From the NCBI GenBank assembly GCA_051294905.1, contig CM119372.1, positions 19,964,001 to 20,028,000 of the forward strand: 64,000 bases of DNA. The letters are read 5' to 3'. The stretch is from Botryllus schlosseri (lineage: Eukaryota). The notes beneath the pieces are model-generated. The model was not told the origin of the DNA, made no database searches, and saw only the letters and a program-made list of their open reading frames with translations. Shown here one piece after another: positions 13,701 through 27,100 of this stretch; positions within the stretch are counted from its first letter, which is position 1; each line of letters starts with the position of its first letter. Both the position numbers and the translations under genes were made by a program.

Positions 13701-16700
13701 ATTTACTAGAGCGATTACGTTTTCAGAATGCTTCCACTTCTCCTTGAGCATATTTCTCGACAAACTGGTTTCTTTTTACAATTCGAACTGGGAAAAGTAA
13801 ATAGTAGTTTGGGGATAAGTTTCCATCACTTCTCCGGGTGAAATTGTCACGAGAACCGCGTGAAACATCCACTCTTTCATGGTTATTGAATACGTTTTCG
13901 TAGTTTGAATCTACTCATAGCGTCATCAGTAGGGCGATTTTTTATGACAAAAAAGTCAAAATTTTGTCAAAATTGTGGAGTTAGGTCAAAAAATGTCAAA
14001 ATTGTTTACAAAGTCAAAGTTTTTTTGCAGCGTGCAGTTCATTTGTATCGTTAATTTTGCACTGTCAGTGAACTTATCATTTGACATTTTACAGCTTGTA
14101 GCCTACTTTATAGGCCTACCGTTGTAGACGGCCCATTGTCTGCTCATTGTGAATCATACATATTCAAATGAAACAAATAGGTTGACATGGGGTTATGCTC
14201 AATATCCTAACTGAAGCAAGACTGCTTGGGCATTGTATGTTTCTTATATCAAGAAGCGCGTGATAAAAATTGTGATGTCGATACCATTGCGCTAGTCATC
14301 GGTCGTTTTGAGCTTGTCGCGAAGATACATCCTGCAATTTCGAACGTATAGCCGTCTCGGATTAACTGATGGATGTGTGCGACCCTGTCCTTGTGCTAAA
14401 TCCATATAAAGCAGTGTTCCCCAAACTTTTTTCCATGTTTTTCACAGCGTTCGCCTACCTTCGTACCACCTAAATTGTACCAGACTATAACAGTGTTTCA
14501 AACTCGACAACAATGAAAGGCGACTCTTCTTCCCGTGTTAAATACCGTAATTTCCCGAGTATAGTACGCCCCCATGTATAATACGCACCCTTAAAATGGC
14601 ATGCAAATTCTGGGAAAAATGATGCATAACATTCGGCTATAAATGTGCATTATCCGGTGATAATAAGGTTTTGATGTTGGTATTGAGTGGAATCTGAATT
14701 TGAAAGTGACTGCTCGGCGCAAAGTAACGTGTAGTCACTAATTGCAGCCTGACCAATGATAGAGTTCTAGAATATGGGGATATATGACCTTTGTCCGACA
14801 TCCTAGTATACCTAATAAGCCCATAGTTATACCTGATTGATGACTGATGCCTTCATATTAAGTACAAATCCAGCTTCATCAAATTGTAAAATTCTTTAAT
14901 TTCTCGATCCGCCGAAGCTTCTTGCGTATCACTGAGAGAGTCTCGCGTACCACAGTTTGGGAACCACTCCACTGCTATCAGGCTTGGTGCATTTGATTCA
15001 TTTTCGCCTGTCAGAATGGGTGTTAAAGTACCAATTTGGTACTTTAGTATGCTGTTCACCGGATTTTCACCCTACGCTATTGTGGAAATATTGTAAATAC
15101 TATACACCTACTTTCCCCCATGTATTCACAGTAGGGTTGTAACGGCTATACTATGAGATGTGTTGGATATATTGTGATCTCAAATTTCGATCATTTCGCA
15201 GGAACACATTCAAATTTCTGTACTGTTTGACGTTCCAAGCAGCAGCCGGGAGGCCTGTAGTATTGTTCTTCCGCGGGGTCTTTGTACTCGACCCCACGTT
15301 TTCGGTCAACGAGGTAAGTCCCGCGTTATTGAGATTGTATAGCAGGGACTGGTCATCCAATCTGACTTCTCTTGCAGTTGATCTTCACTGTCATACTTGC
15401 GGCGTCCATGCTGACCGGCATGTGGGCTCTAATCATATTGAGAGGCCTTTCAAGTAAAGTGTTGAAACATTTTAATATCACGGCAAAGTTTTTCTGTTTT
15501 CAAGTGAGTATGAGATGCGTTAGTAGTTTGTTTCGGCAGTGTCGTCGATAGAATCCGAAATAGATTCGTACAGTCGATTGTTCGCTTGATAAATGACTAA
15601 TCTCAGCATGATAGAATTAAATTGACATTGATAATTTACTTTCGGGGCATTTCTTTGTACGCTATCATTGACCCTGGTGCAAAAGACCAACAGGTGATAA
15701 TCACCTGATTTCTGTGTAATAAACAATAAGTTTCGTTGCAAGGCACGAATATGCTATTCAGCTATTTTGTGATGCCTTAATGTACCCATAATCCTGATCT
15801 ATGTTTCAACATTAGAAGGTCTATTTATAACGGAACGAGCCTACGTTGGCGAATATTTGCTGCGTTATCACTATACTTGATAGCGGTCGAACATTGCAAT
15901 TGCAGTCGTCTTAATTTTATCAAAATAGTAGCTTATGCGCAAATCTTGACCGGTATGATCCTGAAGGGGTCGATGAAATAACTATCGGATTTTATAGTCA
16001 CGACAAATGCAGAGGGTTTATTTCTTTTATTTTTTATTCCGTTGTCACATCATCATCGCAACGATGTTGTAACGCATATTATTCAAAACTAGGAAAGGTT
16101 AAAGCTCCATCTCGCCACATCTTTAATTCGAGGGAGCAAGATTGACATCGTTCGCACCTAACTTAACTACACAGTGCACACTGCACAGTATCTTGAGCAT
16201 AGTCATCGGATCCGCAAATTTCGTAGAAGGGGGGCGATATCACCGCCAAATGGGCCTTCATGATATACGGTCCTTGATTGTGTTTTCTCGTGGTGCTCAG
16301 GTATTTTTTTCGTGCAACAAGTTTTTGTATACCATATTGTTGCAGAACTGTAACCACTCTGCGATGGAAATCGTATGTTGTAAAAACTATAACTGTAGCA
16401 GTACTTTTGCACTGGACCCATCTGAGACAGTCGTATTACCGCCTCAATGAACACCACTTGCTTAGTGCCAAGCTTGCAGAACCTAGATCACATTTTACGG
16501 TCTTCGCTTCGACCACTGACATGGCATTGGTCTGTGGTCGCTCGTACTAATATCGCAGGTGTGAAATTCGCAAGAAATCCATCGATTTGGGTTATCGTGC
16601 ACATATCGGAGGTAGAGTAGTTGTAATCGTAAGCAATTGTTAGTAATTACAATTTTTAGCCCTTACTCTATAAGAAAGTAATTGCAATATTATGATCAGT

Positions 16701-19250
16701 AGCAGCAGTAAAATCATGATAGTGCCGCTTATCACATCAGAAGTTTTGTGCGCCACGCTAATAAGATTTATTACACGGAATTGTATTACTAGCTGTAATA
16801 TTACTTAGATTGTCCAGTATCGCATGTCGCATTTGAATAATGTCACTCGAGTCCAATGTACACGTCATTAGCAATTACAAAGTCGAAAATCAACAGTCAT
16901 TATGTTGCCATACTTTGTAAAGCAATTGAAATGTAGTTGGATTGTAAAAGTTCTAGCTAGACTGCAGGGGTTCTCAACCTGGGGGGCGCGAAGAAGCGGT
17001 CACCTGAAAAAAAATTTCGCGCTCCGCGCGATTTACCTCCAAGGCACGCGTGTTTCTCTCTATATAGGCCAAATTTCATGTATTTTTATTCTGTCATCAA
17101 CATTTATAACCGACCATACCACCAAACAACATGTTGGGGTTGCTAGCATCCCAGTTGGATTTTGTGATATGACGATAAGGGGGGCGCGAAATTTTTCACC
17201 ATCAAAAAGGGGGGCGTGTCTAAAAAAAGGTTGAGAACCACTGAGCTAGAGCAATTGTAATAGGATTCGAATTTTGATTTGACTGCAAACATGTAGAGTG
17301 ATTTTAATTACTGACATGTGAAGTAATTATAAGTAAAATCGTGTAATTTTTGCCAAATCTGGCACATATACGATAGCGTCTGGCCACTACAATCTACACC
17401 CAACGTTAGATACTTCATCAAAGCAAATTCCGCTCGATCATGTACATAATTTTCTCCATGAATAGGCTTATTCACGATTGCGCCATTGCCTTCAGGCTGT
17501 TCTCCTCATTTCCAACATACAACCTTTCATACTGAAGCTGGCGCAGTTGCCTTGCGTGCCACCATACACGACGCGGGGTCGCATCATCACGGTGAATTAC
17601 CAAATTATGGTAAGTATGCGACGTTTGACTTTGATAGTGTCCGTGTTTACGGATGCGTTACATATCGCAAAACAGCCATTGACAGTGTAATACACGGTAT
17701 TGCAGATCGTCGAGTTTTTTCTTATATCTCTTTTGATGCGGTGTTTGTACCGGACCAAATCCGACGCTGAGGAGCTGGAGGATGTTGAGAGGAGACAAGA
17801 AAGGTAATTTCCGCCCACATCACGACATATGTGGCCTCGTTTACATACTCATTACATAATATCGACGGTATCGTAATTGTATATAGATCGCGAGTACACA
17901 TACGTACACTCCACGGGTGAGGTTTGTTTAAACCTTATCCTATTCAACGTTAATGACATGGCCTCGGTGGGTCGCGCTATTTCTCGTTCTGCTTTAATGT
18001 AATCGTGATCGCCTTGAACGCGAAGCACGCCATCTTTGTGACAGGTCCACGATTAACCGACACGACCATTACGCTTGTGATTCGTGACGTTATTATATCG
18101 CTCACAACTTCTATCCATGCCTGTCACCATAAGGGAAGCTAGGCTATGGCTTAGTTCGGCGCTAATATTGGTATCTTCTCCTCTGCATCAATACGTCATA
18201 CCCGGGAGCTGTGGCAGGCAATTGAATCCTTGTATACAAATGCGTGATAATCTAATGTTACGAGTACTTGGTAAAATTGGGTTCGCCCAAATATAGACAT
18301 AAACGGTTCCGATAGATTGGCTGCTTGAATAATTGAGTCGAAATCCATATCTTGATCCTGCTAAAGTCACAATGGTAGTGTAAAGTCAAGTTCATCCCTT
18401 CATTAGTTTGCCAATATTTCCTTAGACTCGTAACACCACAAGTCTGTGTTGCATTGAAAAGACAGGAAGGATCGGAAATGACTTGAAATAGCCTATTAAT
18501 CCCCCCACCTTGGCCAATAGGTAGTAATAATAGGGTCGATAGGTTAATAATGAGGCATGCGTAGTTATAAACTTGTTGAGTTGTTGAAAAATAACAAGTC
18601 ACGAATATGAAGAGGATTGCATCGTTAACATGTGCAGTGTACACGGTATAGGCGGAGTTGATGTGTCCAATCCTGATCGTATGCTCAAGTCTGAATTCAC
18701 AATGTTACACTCGCCTGTGTAGATTGGATACTGAGCGAGCCTATGTTATATTTAATTTGCAGACGCGAATATCTGGCCCCATCACTCGCGACAATCTTCA
18801 AATCCTGCGAATGCGATAATTATTTGGCTCGGTTTATGTATAGTATAGATTGTGTATATAGAATGTTTAGCAACCAGTAATTCGATTTGGAAATGGTATG
18901 TATTATGTCGGGTGAAACCGAAAGACACTTTTGTCTCAGTCCACACTTACTGTAATCTCACGACGCGGAGCATATGGCCACTCTGCGATGATTACTATCG
19001 TTATCATTCGATAATGTTATTCGTTGAAAATGTAACGTGCATTTTCTCTTTTTTCGCTAATTTGTGCCGATCCTAAATACTTATTGTAGCTAGCTCGTTA
19101 CAGCATCATGATCTCATTTCTCGTCGCAGCAAAATGAAGCAGAGCGATACCAAAACGCCATTAGTCGAAAGCGAAGACACGTCCATAGAACTCGAAGCGA
19201 TAAAGCCGACTACCAGCGTGAACGGCACAAGAGTCGTCGAAGATGTATAA
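7702..19250 (+). CDS. SLC51A: Organic solute transporter subunit alpha-like (OST-alpha / SLC51A, Solute_trans_a family), 10 coding exons, 372 aa
   Basis: Exons assembled by hand: 7702-7767, 7869-7923, 10773-10915, 13275-13363, 13428-13586, 15202-15313, 15378-15503, 17496-17609, 17706-17803, 19094-19250. All introns are GT..AG, phases are consistent and the total is 1119 nt. The peptide is collinear with vertebrate OST-alpha as I recall it: QCAGDPPSALE; AIFVEEIFYL; FFPRG; NYYGG..TPPLCCCCRCLP; TAKFFCFQAVLLISNIQP..PCVPPY; IVEFFLISLLMRCLYR. Confidence 0.9.
7869..7923 (+). CDS. SLC51A: OST-alpha-like exon 2 (IFRKQCAGDPPSALEIVT)
   Basis: tttgcag acceptor, A|gtaaga donor; matches the OST-alpha C-x-x-x-PP motif. 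Confidence 0.8.
9345..9507. mobile_element. Short cagagatga-TIR MITE with ggattt repeats (OST-alpha intron 2)
   Basis: TIRs cagagatga / tcatctctg; same family as 52383-52821; no clear TSD. Confidence 0.6.
10773..10915 (+). CDS. SLC51A: OST-alpha-like exon 3 (TM1; LDSTNLIIHLILIVMAFTTVAIFVEEIFYLRSKIRRNYRRRRMSVLQ)
   Basis: ttcttccag acceptor, CAG|gtaatt donor; hydrophobic helix followed by the AIFxEE motif. Confidence 0.88.
11989..12840. mobile_element. Non-autonomous hAT (Charlie-like) element in OST-alpha intron 3
   Basis: TIRs (c/a)aggggtgggNaacct; perfect 8-bp TSD TTCTAGAC on both sides, matching the NTCTAGAN Charlie target. Confidence 0.85.
13275..13363 (+). CDS. SLC51A: OST-alpha-like exon 4 (AGIPPTFALTAAVGTFFPRGNLMIDFVCSV)
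   Basis: ttag acceptor, GT|gtgagt donor; PR motif. Confidence 0.88.
13428..13586 (+). CDS. SLC51A: OST-alpha-like exon 5 (YFGFAMHALLNLMVNYYGG...PPLCCCCRCLPMVPMT)
   Basis: Follows a 64-nt intron; contains the cysteine cluster diagnostic of OST-alpha. Confidence 0.92.
14545..14620 (+). mobile_element. Tc1/mariner (Tc2/pogo-like) TIR fragment
   Basis: ta|ccgtaatttcccgagtatagtacgcccccatgtataatacgcacc resembles Tc2-type termini. Confidence 0.55.
15202..15313 (+). CDS. SLC51A: OST-alpha-like exon 6 (NTFKFLYCLTFQAAAGRPVVLFFRGVFVLDPTFSVNE)
   Basis: tttcgcag acceptor, GAG|gtaagt donor. Confidence 0.88.
15378..15503 (+). CDS. SLC51A: OST-alpha-like exon 7 (LIFTVILAASMLTGMWALIILRGLSSKVLKHFNITAKFFCFQ)
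   Basis: cttctcttgcag acceptor after a 64-nt intron, CAA|gtgagt donor; W..AKF..FQ motif. Confidence 0.9.
16965..17243. mobile_element. hAT MITE in OST-alpha intron 7
   Basis: TIRs caggggttctcaacct / aggttgagaaccactg; flanks agctagac(tg) and agctagag resemble an offset TSD. Confidence 0.7.
17496..17609 (+). CDS. SLC51A: OST-alpha-like exon 8 (AVLLISNIQPFILKLAQLPCVPPYTTRGRIITVNYQIM)
   Basis: ttcag acceptor, ATG|gtaagt donor; QP and CxPPY motifs. Confidence 0.9.
17706..17803 (+). CDS. SLC51A: OST-alpha-like exon 9 (IVEFFLISLLMRCLYRTKSDAEELEDVERRQE)
   Basis: ttgcag acceptor, AG|gtaatt donor; last TM helix with the E..F..L.R..YR motif. Confidence 0.9.
19094..19250 (+). CDS. SLC51A: OST-alpha-like terminal exon 10 (SLQHHDLISRRSKMKQSDTKTPLVESEDTSIELEAIKPTTSVNGTRVVEDV*)
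   Basis: Phase-compatible acceptor (ttgtagctag|C) and an acidic cytoplasmic tail ending in TAA. Supported by phase and composition rather than homology. Confidence 0.65.
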
Positions 19251-20944
19251 CACGATGTAAACCAACACAGTATCAAAAGCCTACGAGAAACATCGTGTTT
19301 CATCGAATTTACAAATACCGCGCCGACAGTCGGCCGTCCACTCAATCACAAACTTTAAGTACCACTCACGGCAGAGTTGAGTGGTGACGTCAATGGCGAC
19401 TCAACAAAATATTGCAAACTATCCAGTATCGACTTGGTTCAAGCCTGAATGATTAGAGGAATTTATTTGAGGTAAATGTGTTTTGCACTTGTGTACTTCT
19501 GTGAGCACCCAATGCTGCAGTACACGGTCAGAAATGTGGTTTCAGCCAGCGGTATCGGCAGTATTATATTATTTAAGTCGTAGAAACTTATGCATCAGTA
19601 GGGCATTCCAATGTAGGATGGACATCATAATCTTTGCTTTTGAGATTGTCCCAAACCGAAACCATCAAGATAGCAACGATATTTAGGAAATATGTGATTT
19701 CGCAGCTTCGCCATGACATCCCAATCTTCAAAATTCATTCTGTTTCCACGAATACATCCTTTTCCTTCGTCTGGGTATCTTGATAGCCCTGGTGTAACCG
19801 CACTTATCATTAGTACTATGTTATGAGACAGCAATCCGCAACATTCTCTATTGGCGACACAATCTGCATTTACCACTTGGATTTCTGATGACCGCGCTAT
19901 GCAGTAACTACTGCTTCTTTGGCGCTATTGATAATTCGGCATCATGCAGTCTGAATTTGTGACTCACATTGCTCGTAATTCATATTCACTTGTTCCCTTT
20001 TCATTTATTTCGTTTTTCACGCGCATTTAATATATAATATATTTTGTCGCACAGAGTTGCCATCAGAATAAACACTTTTGAGCAAGATCACATCTTCCTG
20101 GGTAACGAATCATATAAAGAAACCAGCGTTTACGAAAGTCTGCTCTTTTGAGTGGTAAACCGTATAGTTTCATCGGAAATACCCTCTGAAAGTTTTACCG
20201 CGCTGCCGTACTGAGGCATTGAACTCATATTGATCAAGTATTAGTATATGAACAAGAGGATGAATCAGTTAGCGTCTGAGAATTTCTTGCTTCGATGCCC
20301 GGTACTGATGCTCTATAGCGGGGTCCTTTTCGGCATCGGGATTGCAAGGTCTTTGGTGAAGTTTTCAACGCACAAGTCCTTACAAATACTTTTGGTTAGG
20401 GGTTACGGTTGGGCGAGTGGTCGGATACGTGGTTTGGGTAAGCGGCTCGATGTGCAATACATCACTATAGCGTTCGTCAACAAAACGTTTCCCCGAGTTT
20501 AAAAGAATAATGAAGTAATCTACTAGCAAGTTTTACATTTAGGCCCTACAGCATTCGCGGTTTAGTACTGTATTATCGCGGCCGTTGGAATGAAAAAAAT
20601 CGATTATAACTTAGGGTAACCATACGTCCTCCTTTTCAGGTTTTTTAAAATGTCCTCCCAGGACGCCTAAATGTATTCCTTTTTGGCAATTCGTCCTCTT
20701 TTACAGCTTTTAGAGCTAAGATGATGGATAGATTCGTGTGAAAATGGGCATGAATTACGCTAAACGGGAAATTTGTGGTTCGAACGTAGGCGAAGACCTT
20801 TTTTCTTAGTCAACCAACGGAAAATATTAAAGACAAACTGTATTTCAGGAGTTGAGTCGACTTTTATCAAAATTCAAAGTACACCAACCCAAACTCTGTC
20901 AACAAAAGGAGGTAGTGTAACACCTAAAAATAGTACATTGAACG

Positions 20945-21110
20945 CTCTCTCATTCGAAATTTCATGTTGGTGACGTCATATATTGTGATACGATTTTTGA
21001 TATACAAAGTTATTTCCAATTCTCTACTAGTTGCTGACGATTACCCCTGACTAGTGTCAGCCGAAGATATTCGGGTTCATTTCAATATGAATATACTATT
21101 CAATTGTATA
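20945..21110 (+). mobile_element. Solo, diverged PLE pseudo-LTR fragment with a degenerate hammerhead (21043-21076)
   Basis: Homologous to the reverse complement of ~62640-62780 (tgacgtcata...ttgctgacga...ccctgacNagNgtcagccgaa...ttcggg...aatatgaatat...ttcaa). Confidence 0.7.
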
Positions 21111-24100
21111 TTAAAGACCCATCAGCGATCAGTGAACGATATTCCGAGGTATGCAATCAATTTGACAAATCGAAAGTAGGACTTTTGTCATGGTTTTGGC
21201 TAAACGGCCAAAGTATGGAAAGTTCCGTACCATACCATACCTGTACATTTCCATATTCCATACAAATAACTTTTGTTCCATAACATTTCATGTCATTCGC
21301 CCTGGATTTCTGGATGGGATATCTTTTATGATTTAAGTGATATCCCCACCTAGCGAGTGAAATTTCTCAATCACCACAGCTCAGTGGTGGGCACTGCGCA
21401 GTGCGATGTGCAGCACATTTGGTGCAACCGGCGGCCAGCAATGAATAGATTTCTGCCTCCAAAGAAGTGTCAATTTTTAATGGTATACGGCCCGCGAATT
21501 GGGTTCGTCTAGCAAGCCTACGTTTGGCCACGCTCGAATGGGCTAAAACACTAAAGTCACGGCTCGGGGCCTATGATATTACACTGCTTGCATGTAACAG
21601 TAGGCGTGGGATCGGTAGGTAACTGGTGGAGAGGATCCGATGTGACGGGGTTTTGGTTCGGAAAATGCGGGTGGTTGGGCGGTGGGCTCTCCTTTCTGGA
21701 ACAGATATCAGCTCTAGAAAATGTTAGCATACAGAGAGTGCGTGGATATCATCTCTGGAATATGTCTGACTTGGTCAAGTCCGGATTCAACTTGGCGTTA
21801 TTTGATGAGTGCAAGGGAACTAAAGAGTGTTTGTTTTAATCAGCACTTTTTCAGTTACCGCTACTCCTAAACAATGGTCTTAGGCGCCATAGTGAGGCTT
21901 GATATGACTTCTGGGGGCTTCGTCCCACATACCATCTATTAGTCCAGGGGTTCTTTAAGTATGGGTCGCGACCGTAGCAGAGCGATCTTTAAATATTTAT
22001 ATAATATTTGCTTCGCACGACCTCCTTTAGATGTTATTTAATGTTCAAAGTCGCTGTGTTGGGTAGGCTACTACAGCCAATAAGCGAGACACGAAATGTG
22101 GTTACGATAATACGGTTTGATAATGAAAATGTGCCGACCTTTATATTACACAAGTTGCTTTGTTCCTACAGCATAAGGTTTGTCTGACATTGGCTCCTCA
22201 GGAAAGCGCGGTAATACTAGGGCAGGGACGAGGGAGGGAAAGAGCGGGGTCGTTACTGCCGCACCCTATACAATTTTTTACACGCCTCATTTTCAGAAAT
22301 GGATCAAATTATTTGTGAAAAAACGTTTTATTGCTAGCAGTTGCGATGCCTTATTCTGGAGTGTGCAACATGAGGGAGCGATACTATCAGAGACGGGTAT
22401 TTCGGTACCGATCCCTTCTGCGCTGGGACACTTGAAAACATCAAGGTTTGACCAACATACGGCTGGTAACGCGCGGTGTTGGGAAAAATAGCCGGCGATA
22501 AAACCGTATCCCAAATTAACATCGCTGATTGGTCATAAACAAGCGTTACCATATTTTTGTGGCTCAAATTTCAGACATTCTTTAGCGCCTACTAGCGGGT
22601 TTTACATTGAGGTATGAAGATGAACACATTGCCAGTTAATATAGCGTCATACTAGCAAGCTTCGCCTATCGAATGTATACAGAAGTGGAGTGGGACATCA
22701 GTTCTGGGCCATCTTAATGTGAGCTCTGGTGATTGCTTCGGTCTACAACATATTTCTCCACGGTCCTGAATGGTCTGGCGGACCGCATTTGTGTTTGACA
22801 GCCCTGCTATACTGTTGGGTCGGTGCGGTTATCTGGATGTGTGTTATAACCAGGTCCGAAACAACAGTTTTCAGCTCCCCACTGATCTTGGGCATCCCGT
22901 GGTTTCCAACCTTTTGTGGTCACGACCTCATTTTCAATTCAAAAATGCTAAATGGTCGATCTCAAAAAATTATAGGCTGATTTCTAAGACAGGTCAGCTT
23001 GCCCAGACTTACTCACGGCCTATTTTGAAGCTGATAGCGACCAACATCTTCTCGATCTTGTCCACAAATCCACACTTCACGATTGTTCACCCATACCAAG
23101 TATTCGCGTGAATGAGGTGTATGGCATTACATGCAATGTGTCGGTATACAAACATTGGGGAATATGCCAGGCTTCGATCCACAGACAACATTATCGTTAC
23201 CAAATTACCAAATGTAAATACATGCAACTGACTCGCTCGGCCTCGGCCAATGGAAAAGAGATGGTTCGTTTTTGAAACCGTAACAAAGACCACATGTAAA
23301 TCGATACGATAAATTTCTAACCCCGTGCATTCAGTCATGTCGTGTCCATTTTAATACGGGTCCACAGGTATGACACAAACTAATATCGTAAACAGAAGTC
23401 GATTATTTTGATATAGACTAATAAAAATATTTCTTAACTACATGTTCAACTAAATCGGACTTCTTTGTTGTAGAAAGTAAATAATTTTATTGAGTTGTAT
23501 GTTCGATGAAAGTGATTGGTTACAAGTATGTTTTGGTGGGGAAAGAAAATATATTTTTCTGTATGTGACAGTTAGTGACAAAATAAAAATAGATTCTGGG
23601 TTTTAATTGAATTGAGATTGTGCTGTTTTAATGTATGCTTCAACATGGAGACTTGACGCTGAACAACAATTCGATTCACAAAACATTAGGCATGGTGTGA
23701 ACCCCTGAAAGGTTCAGGTTCGTGTAAACGCGAACGTGAACCTTATGACGTCACATGACGTCATGTTGCTAATTTCAACCCTACATTTCAGTGAAATGAT
23801 ATAATAATGTTATAAGCTACACAATACCTAGCGACGACTCAGGTCTGACTTTGCCAAATGCATCAACTCGACTGGAGCAATCAAATGCTATATTCATTCC
23901 ATAAAATCGATATCCTCCGTCGCATTGCCAACAATTTCGACGGGGACTTGCAAGGGAATAAAAGCTTACGCCGTAACGGTTTAGGCCAGACCGGATATTG
24001 TATTCGCCGTCTGAAACAGCTATTGAGCAGAGTGTAAAACTGGTTTCTATACTAGCTACCGATATTACCCCATAATCAAGTTATACAGTAGCCAGCACCT

Positions 24101-27100
24101 CAATTGCACGGATTTGATTTTTATGATACGATGACATATCAAATCAACATTAGACAACGACATATTATTTATATCAATTTCGTTGATTAATTGATTGGTT
24201 GAAGAAGCATCATCGTTGACTATACCTATACATGTAGCGTATTCAGTTCTTGATGTTGTATGATTGCGGGTAAAGCTCAGAGCAGAGAGTCACTAAATAT
24301 TCACAAAAGTAAAGCTGAATATTTAGAGTAAACTTTTGTAACAACGCGTGTAAAGTCGTTGAGATCGGGAAGGTACCTGCTCGTTTGGTATTGAATTTTT
24401 ATGCTGCCAGCGCCATACATAGAGTGGCCCTATAGTTGAAATGCAAAGAATTTTAACCAAAGATGTAATAATGGCGTGAAAACTGTAATATATGAAAAAG
24501 GTTCAGAGTGCAGAACCTACCAAGGTTCGTTTGCGAACTGGAATCTCTAAATTTCCGAGGTGAACACACAGAACGCGAACGTGAACCTCACGTTCATAAT
24601 ATCCCTACAAAACATATTCGTTGTATGATTTAGCGCGTGTGTGCAAAGGATAACGACCATTTTTGTATGATAGTATCTTTTAGCTGTGTTGTTGTGAAGA
24701 CAATCATCTGATGACTCAGCACTTTCCATCAGCGAAGTAGATTGTTTTGTGTGTAAGATTTGAGGGTCGTGACTAGAAATCATATGACTGGAGTAACTGG
24801 ATTATTGCTATGACATTGGTATATCCTTAAATCCGTGGTTGGAATTGTCTTACGAAAGATGACGCGACCCCGGTGCAATAAATTGTGTTAACCAAACTTA
24901 GATGGATACCAAGGCTGTGCAGGACTTACGCAGGGTAATCACATACTGTACAATGTACAGTGTACACGTACAAACTTTTGTGCAGAGAACTCTGATGTTT
25001 CTGTAAGTAATAGCTCTGTGTTGAACTATTTGAATATGATATACGGACATTCATTCATACAATAAAGTTCTTGAGATATCGAAACAGTTTGAAAGCGTAA
25101 CCGACCATTCTGTAGTATCGTAATATCAGAATAGCGAGTGACGTCGAATATTTCTCTCTCATTCGAATATTTCTGTGTGACGTAAATATCTTTCATATAC
25201 CTTCGGTAAGAAACGAGTTGTGTGGGATAATCATACACAACCTACAAAAGTAAAACGTGTCGCGTTTGATCACATACTTTTTATCGATGTCTTCGTGATA
25301 TTGAAAGACGGATGAGTTTCAATTTAAATGTAGTAAGCGGAGTAACTCAAGTAATAATTTTCCTCGTTTGAAAATCGAAAACAGACAAAACAAAATACTG
25401 ATCGATAGAGTAGCAGTGTCAATATGAGCGGTATGTAATTTTTCGGGATAGCAACCATTCTTCTAAAGATAACTTTTTCAAAGGTCAAGTGTCGTAGAGA
25501 AACCGGTTGTTACAAATTCGAAGTAAATGTACTTCGATTATCGCGATGACGGAAATTAAGATCAACGCAGTATTTCGAAAGTGGTTGTTTTTCATTTGGT
25601 ATGTTCACCAATCACTAAATGACGACGATATCAAATTGTGAATACAACTCGGTTAGTTGAACGATAAAGCTAATATCAATGTTCAAGCAGGCCGTGTGTA
25701 CGGCAAGAAATAAGAAAATCTGGGAAACACCTTACATCGACAAGAGATGGATACAGAACTCCGTAATAAGAAGACTCGAAAAAAGAAGCCGAAATCAGAA
25801 TGATGAAGAAACGGAAGAAATCTTAAGAGAAGATAACAGAACGAGCGCGAAAACTACGAAGCAACACGCGATAGGCTCAGGGGTTCTCAACCCGCGGCCC
25901 GCGACATCTTTCATTATAAATGCAATTGCTACTGGCACGATGTTACATATTAATTTAGCTACTTGGCTCTCTTATCGCACCGTCTATGTCTCGTTTTGTT
26001 ACTCATTCTTTGACGTATTTTGGTTTCTTGATATATGCTGGACTGTATATTGTTATTGTTTTGAATCGGTATTCCGCTGGACTCTGGTTCAAGAGAATTC
26101 CGTTGTGTACTACATTTTTAAAGAGTGTTTAACTCAGATACGAGAACAAGGATCGGGAAATTAAACGGCGGGAACTGGGTTTGTAACTCTCTCAAATTTT
26201 GAAGCTACAGTAGTCTGATTCAACCGTGACCAGAAGAGTAACAGCAATTTCAGTTGATCTTTCATCACATATTCTGAAATAGGCTACGTTGACGCTTAGA
26301 CTACTTTAGCCTAGCATCCGACGAATCCCCTGACTCCACAGACATTACATAGCTAATTAATTATCTGGATGCTATTCATCAGAGTAGAAATGCTGGCAGG
26401 GCAAACGCGGGTAGGGACCAGCGAAAAACATCAACTTAACAAAGCTCAATTCTATCTGTATTGGCCCAGGGCTCCTTCCATGGAAGGAGAGTAGGGTTGA
26501 TTGGTTTGTTCAGAAATGACCCGAACGCCAGACTTCTTCTTGTTTCTGCGCGGAAGTCTGAATCTTGCGCTGCCGATTATAGGCGCAGAAGCCTGTCTAT
26601 GGGGTTATCTACGGATGCTAATTCATACACGTGATCCATGACTTTAATAACACAATAGCACGCCCAACTTGATGATAGCTGACACTTAGCACAGTAACAG
26701 CAACATACGGCCGACGAACGTAACAGAATTAAGATTAACGTAAGCAAGTAACCAAAGTTAAATTTACAATTTATTTTGCGTCAACGTAAATAACCATCAA
26801 CTGCGGACGCTTTATGTAGCGGTAAGAACAGCCTATCCGAAAAGGCTTCATTACAAATGATTTCTAAAATCAAGATTAACGAATGAAGTTCCTAAGCGCA
26901 AACACTTCTCATATCACTGGGAGCTCAAAGTGATAACGGCCTCTGTAGCAAAAAAGTGACCGTAATTTTATACTTGCTCACCCACATATTGAAACAGAGA
27001 CTTCGGTTCATTTGTGGAAGGGTTTGAAGGTGCATCTATACCGACTTGGCAACTATTGCAATGCACGCTCAATGATGGGATATAGGCCTACTTGCGCCGC

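Noticed and set aside
19625-22570. Several minus-strand Pro/Thr- or Cys-rich short frames (19.6-19.9, 20.3-20.5, 21.6-21.7 and 22.3-22.5 kb) suggesting a convergent gene
   Set aside because: No consistent splice-phase chain or domain motif could be established.
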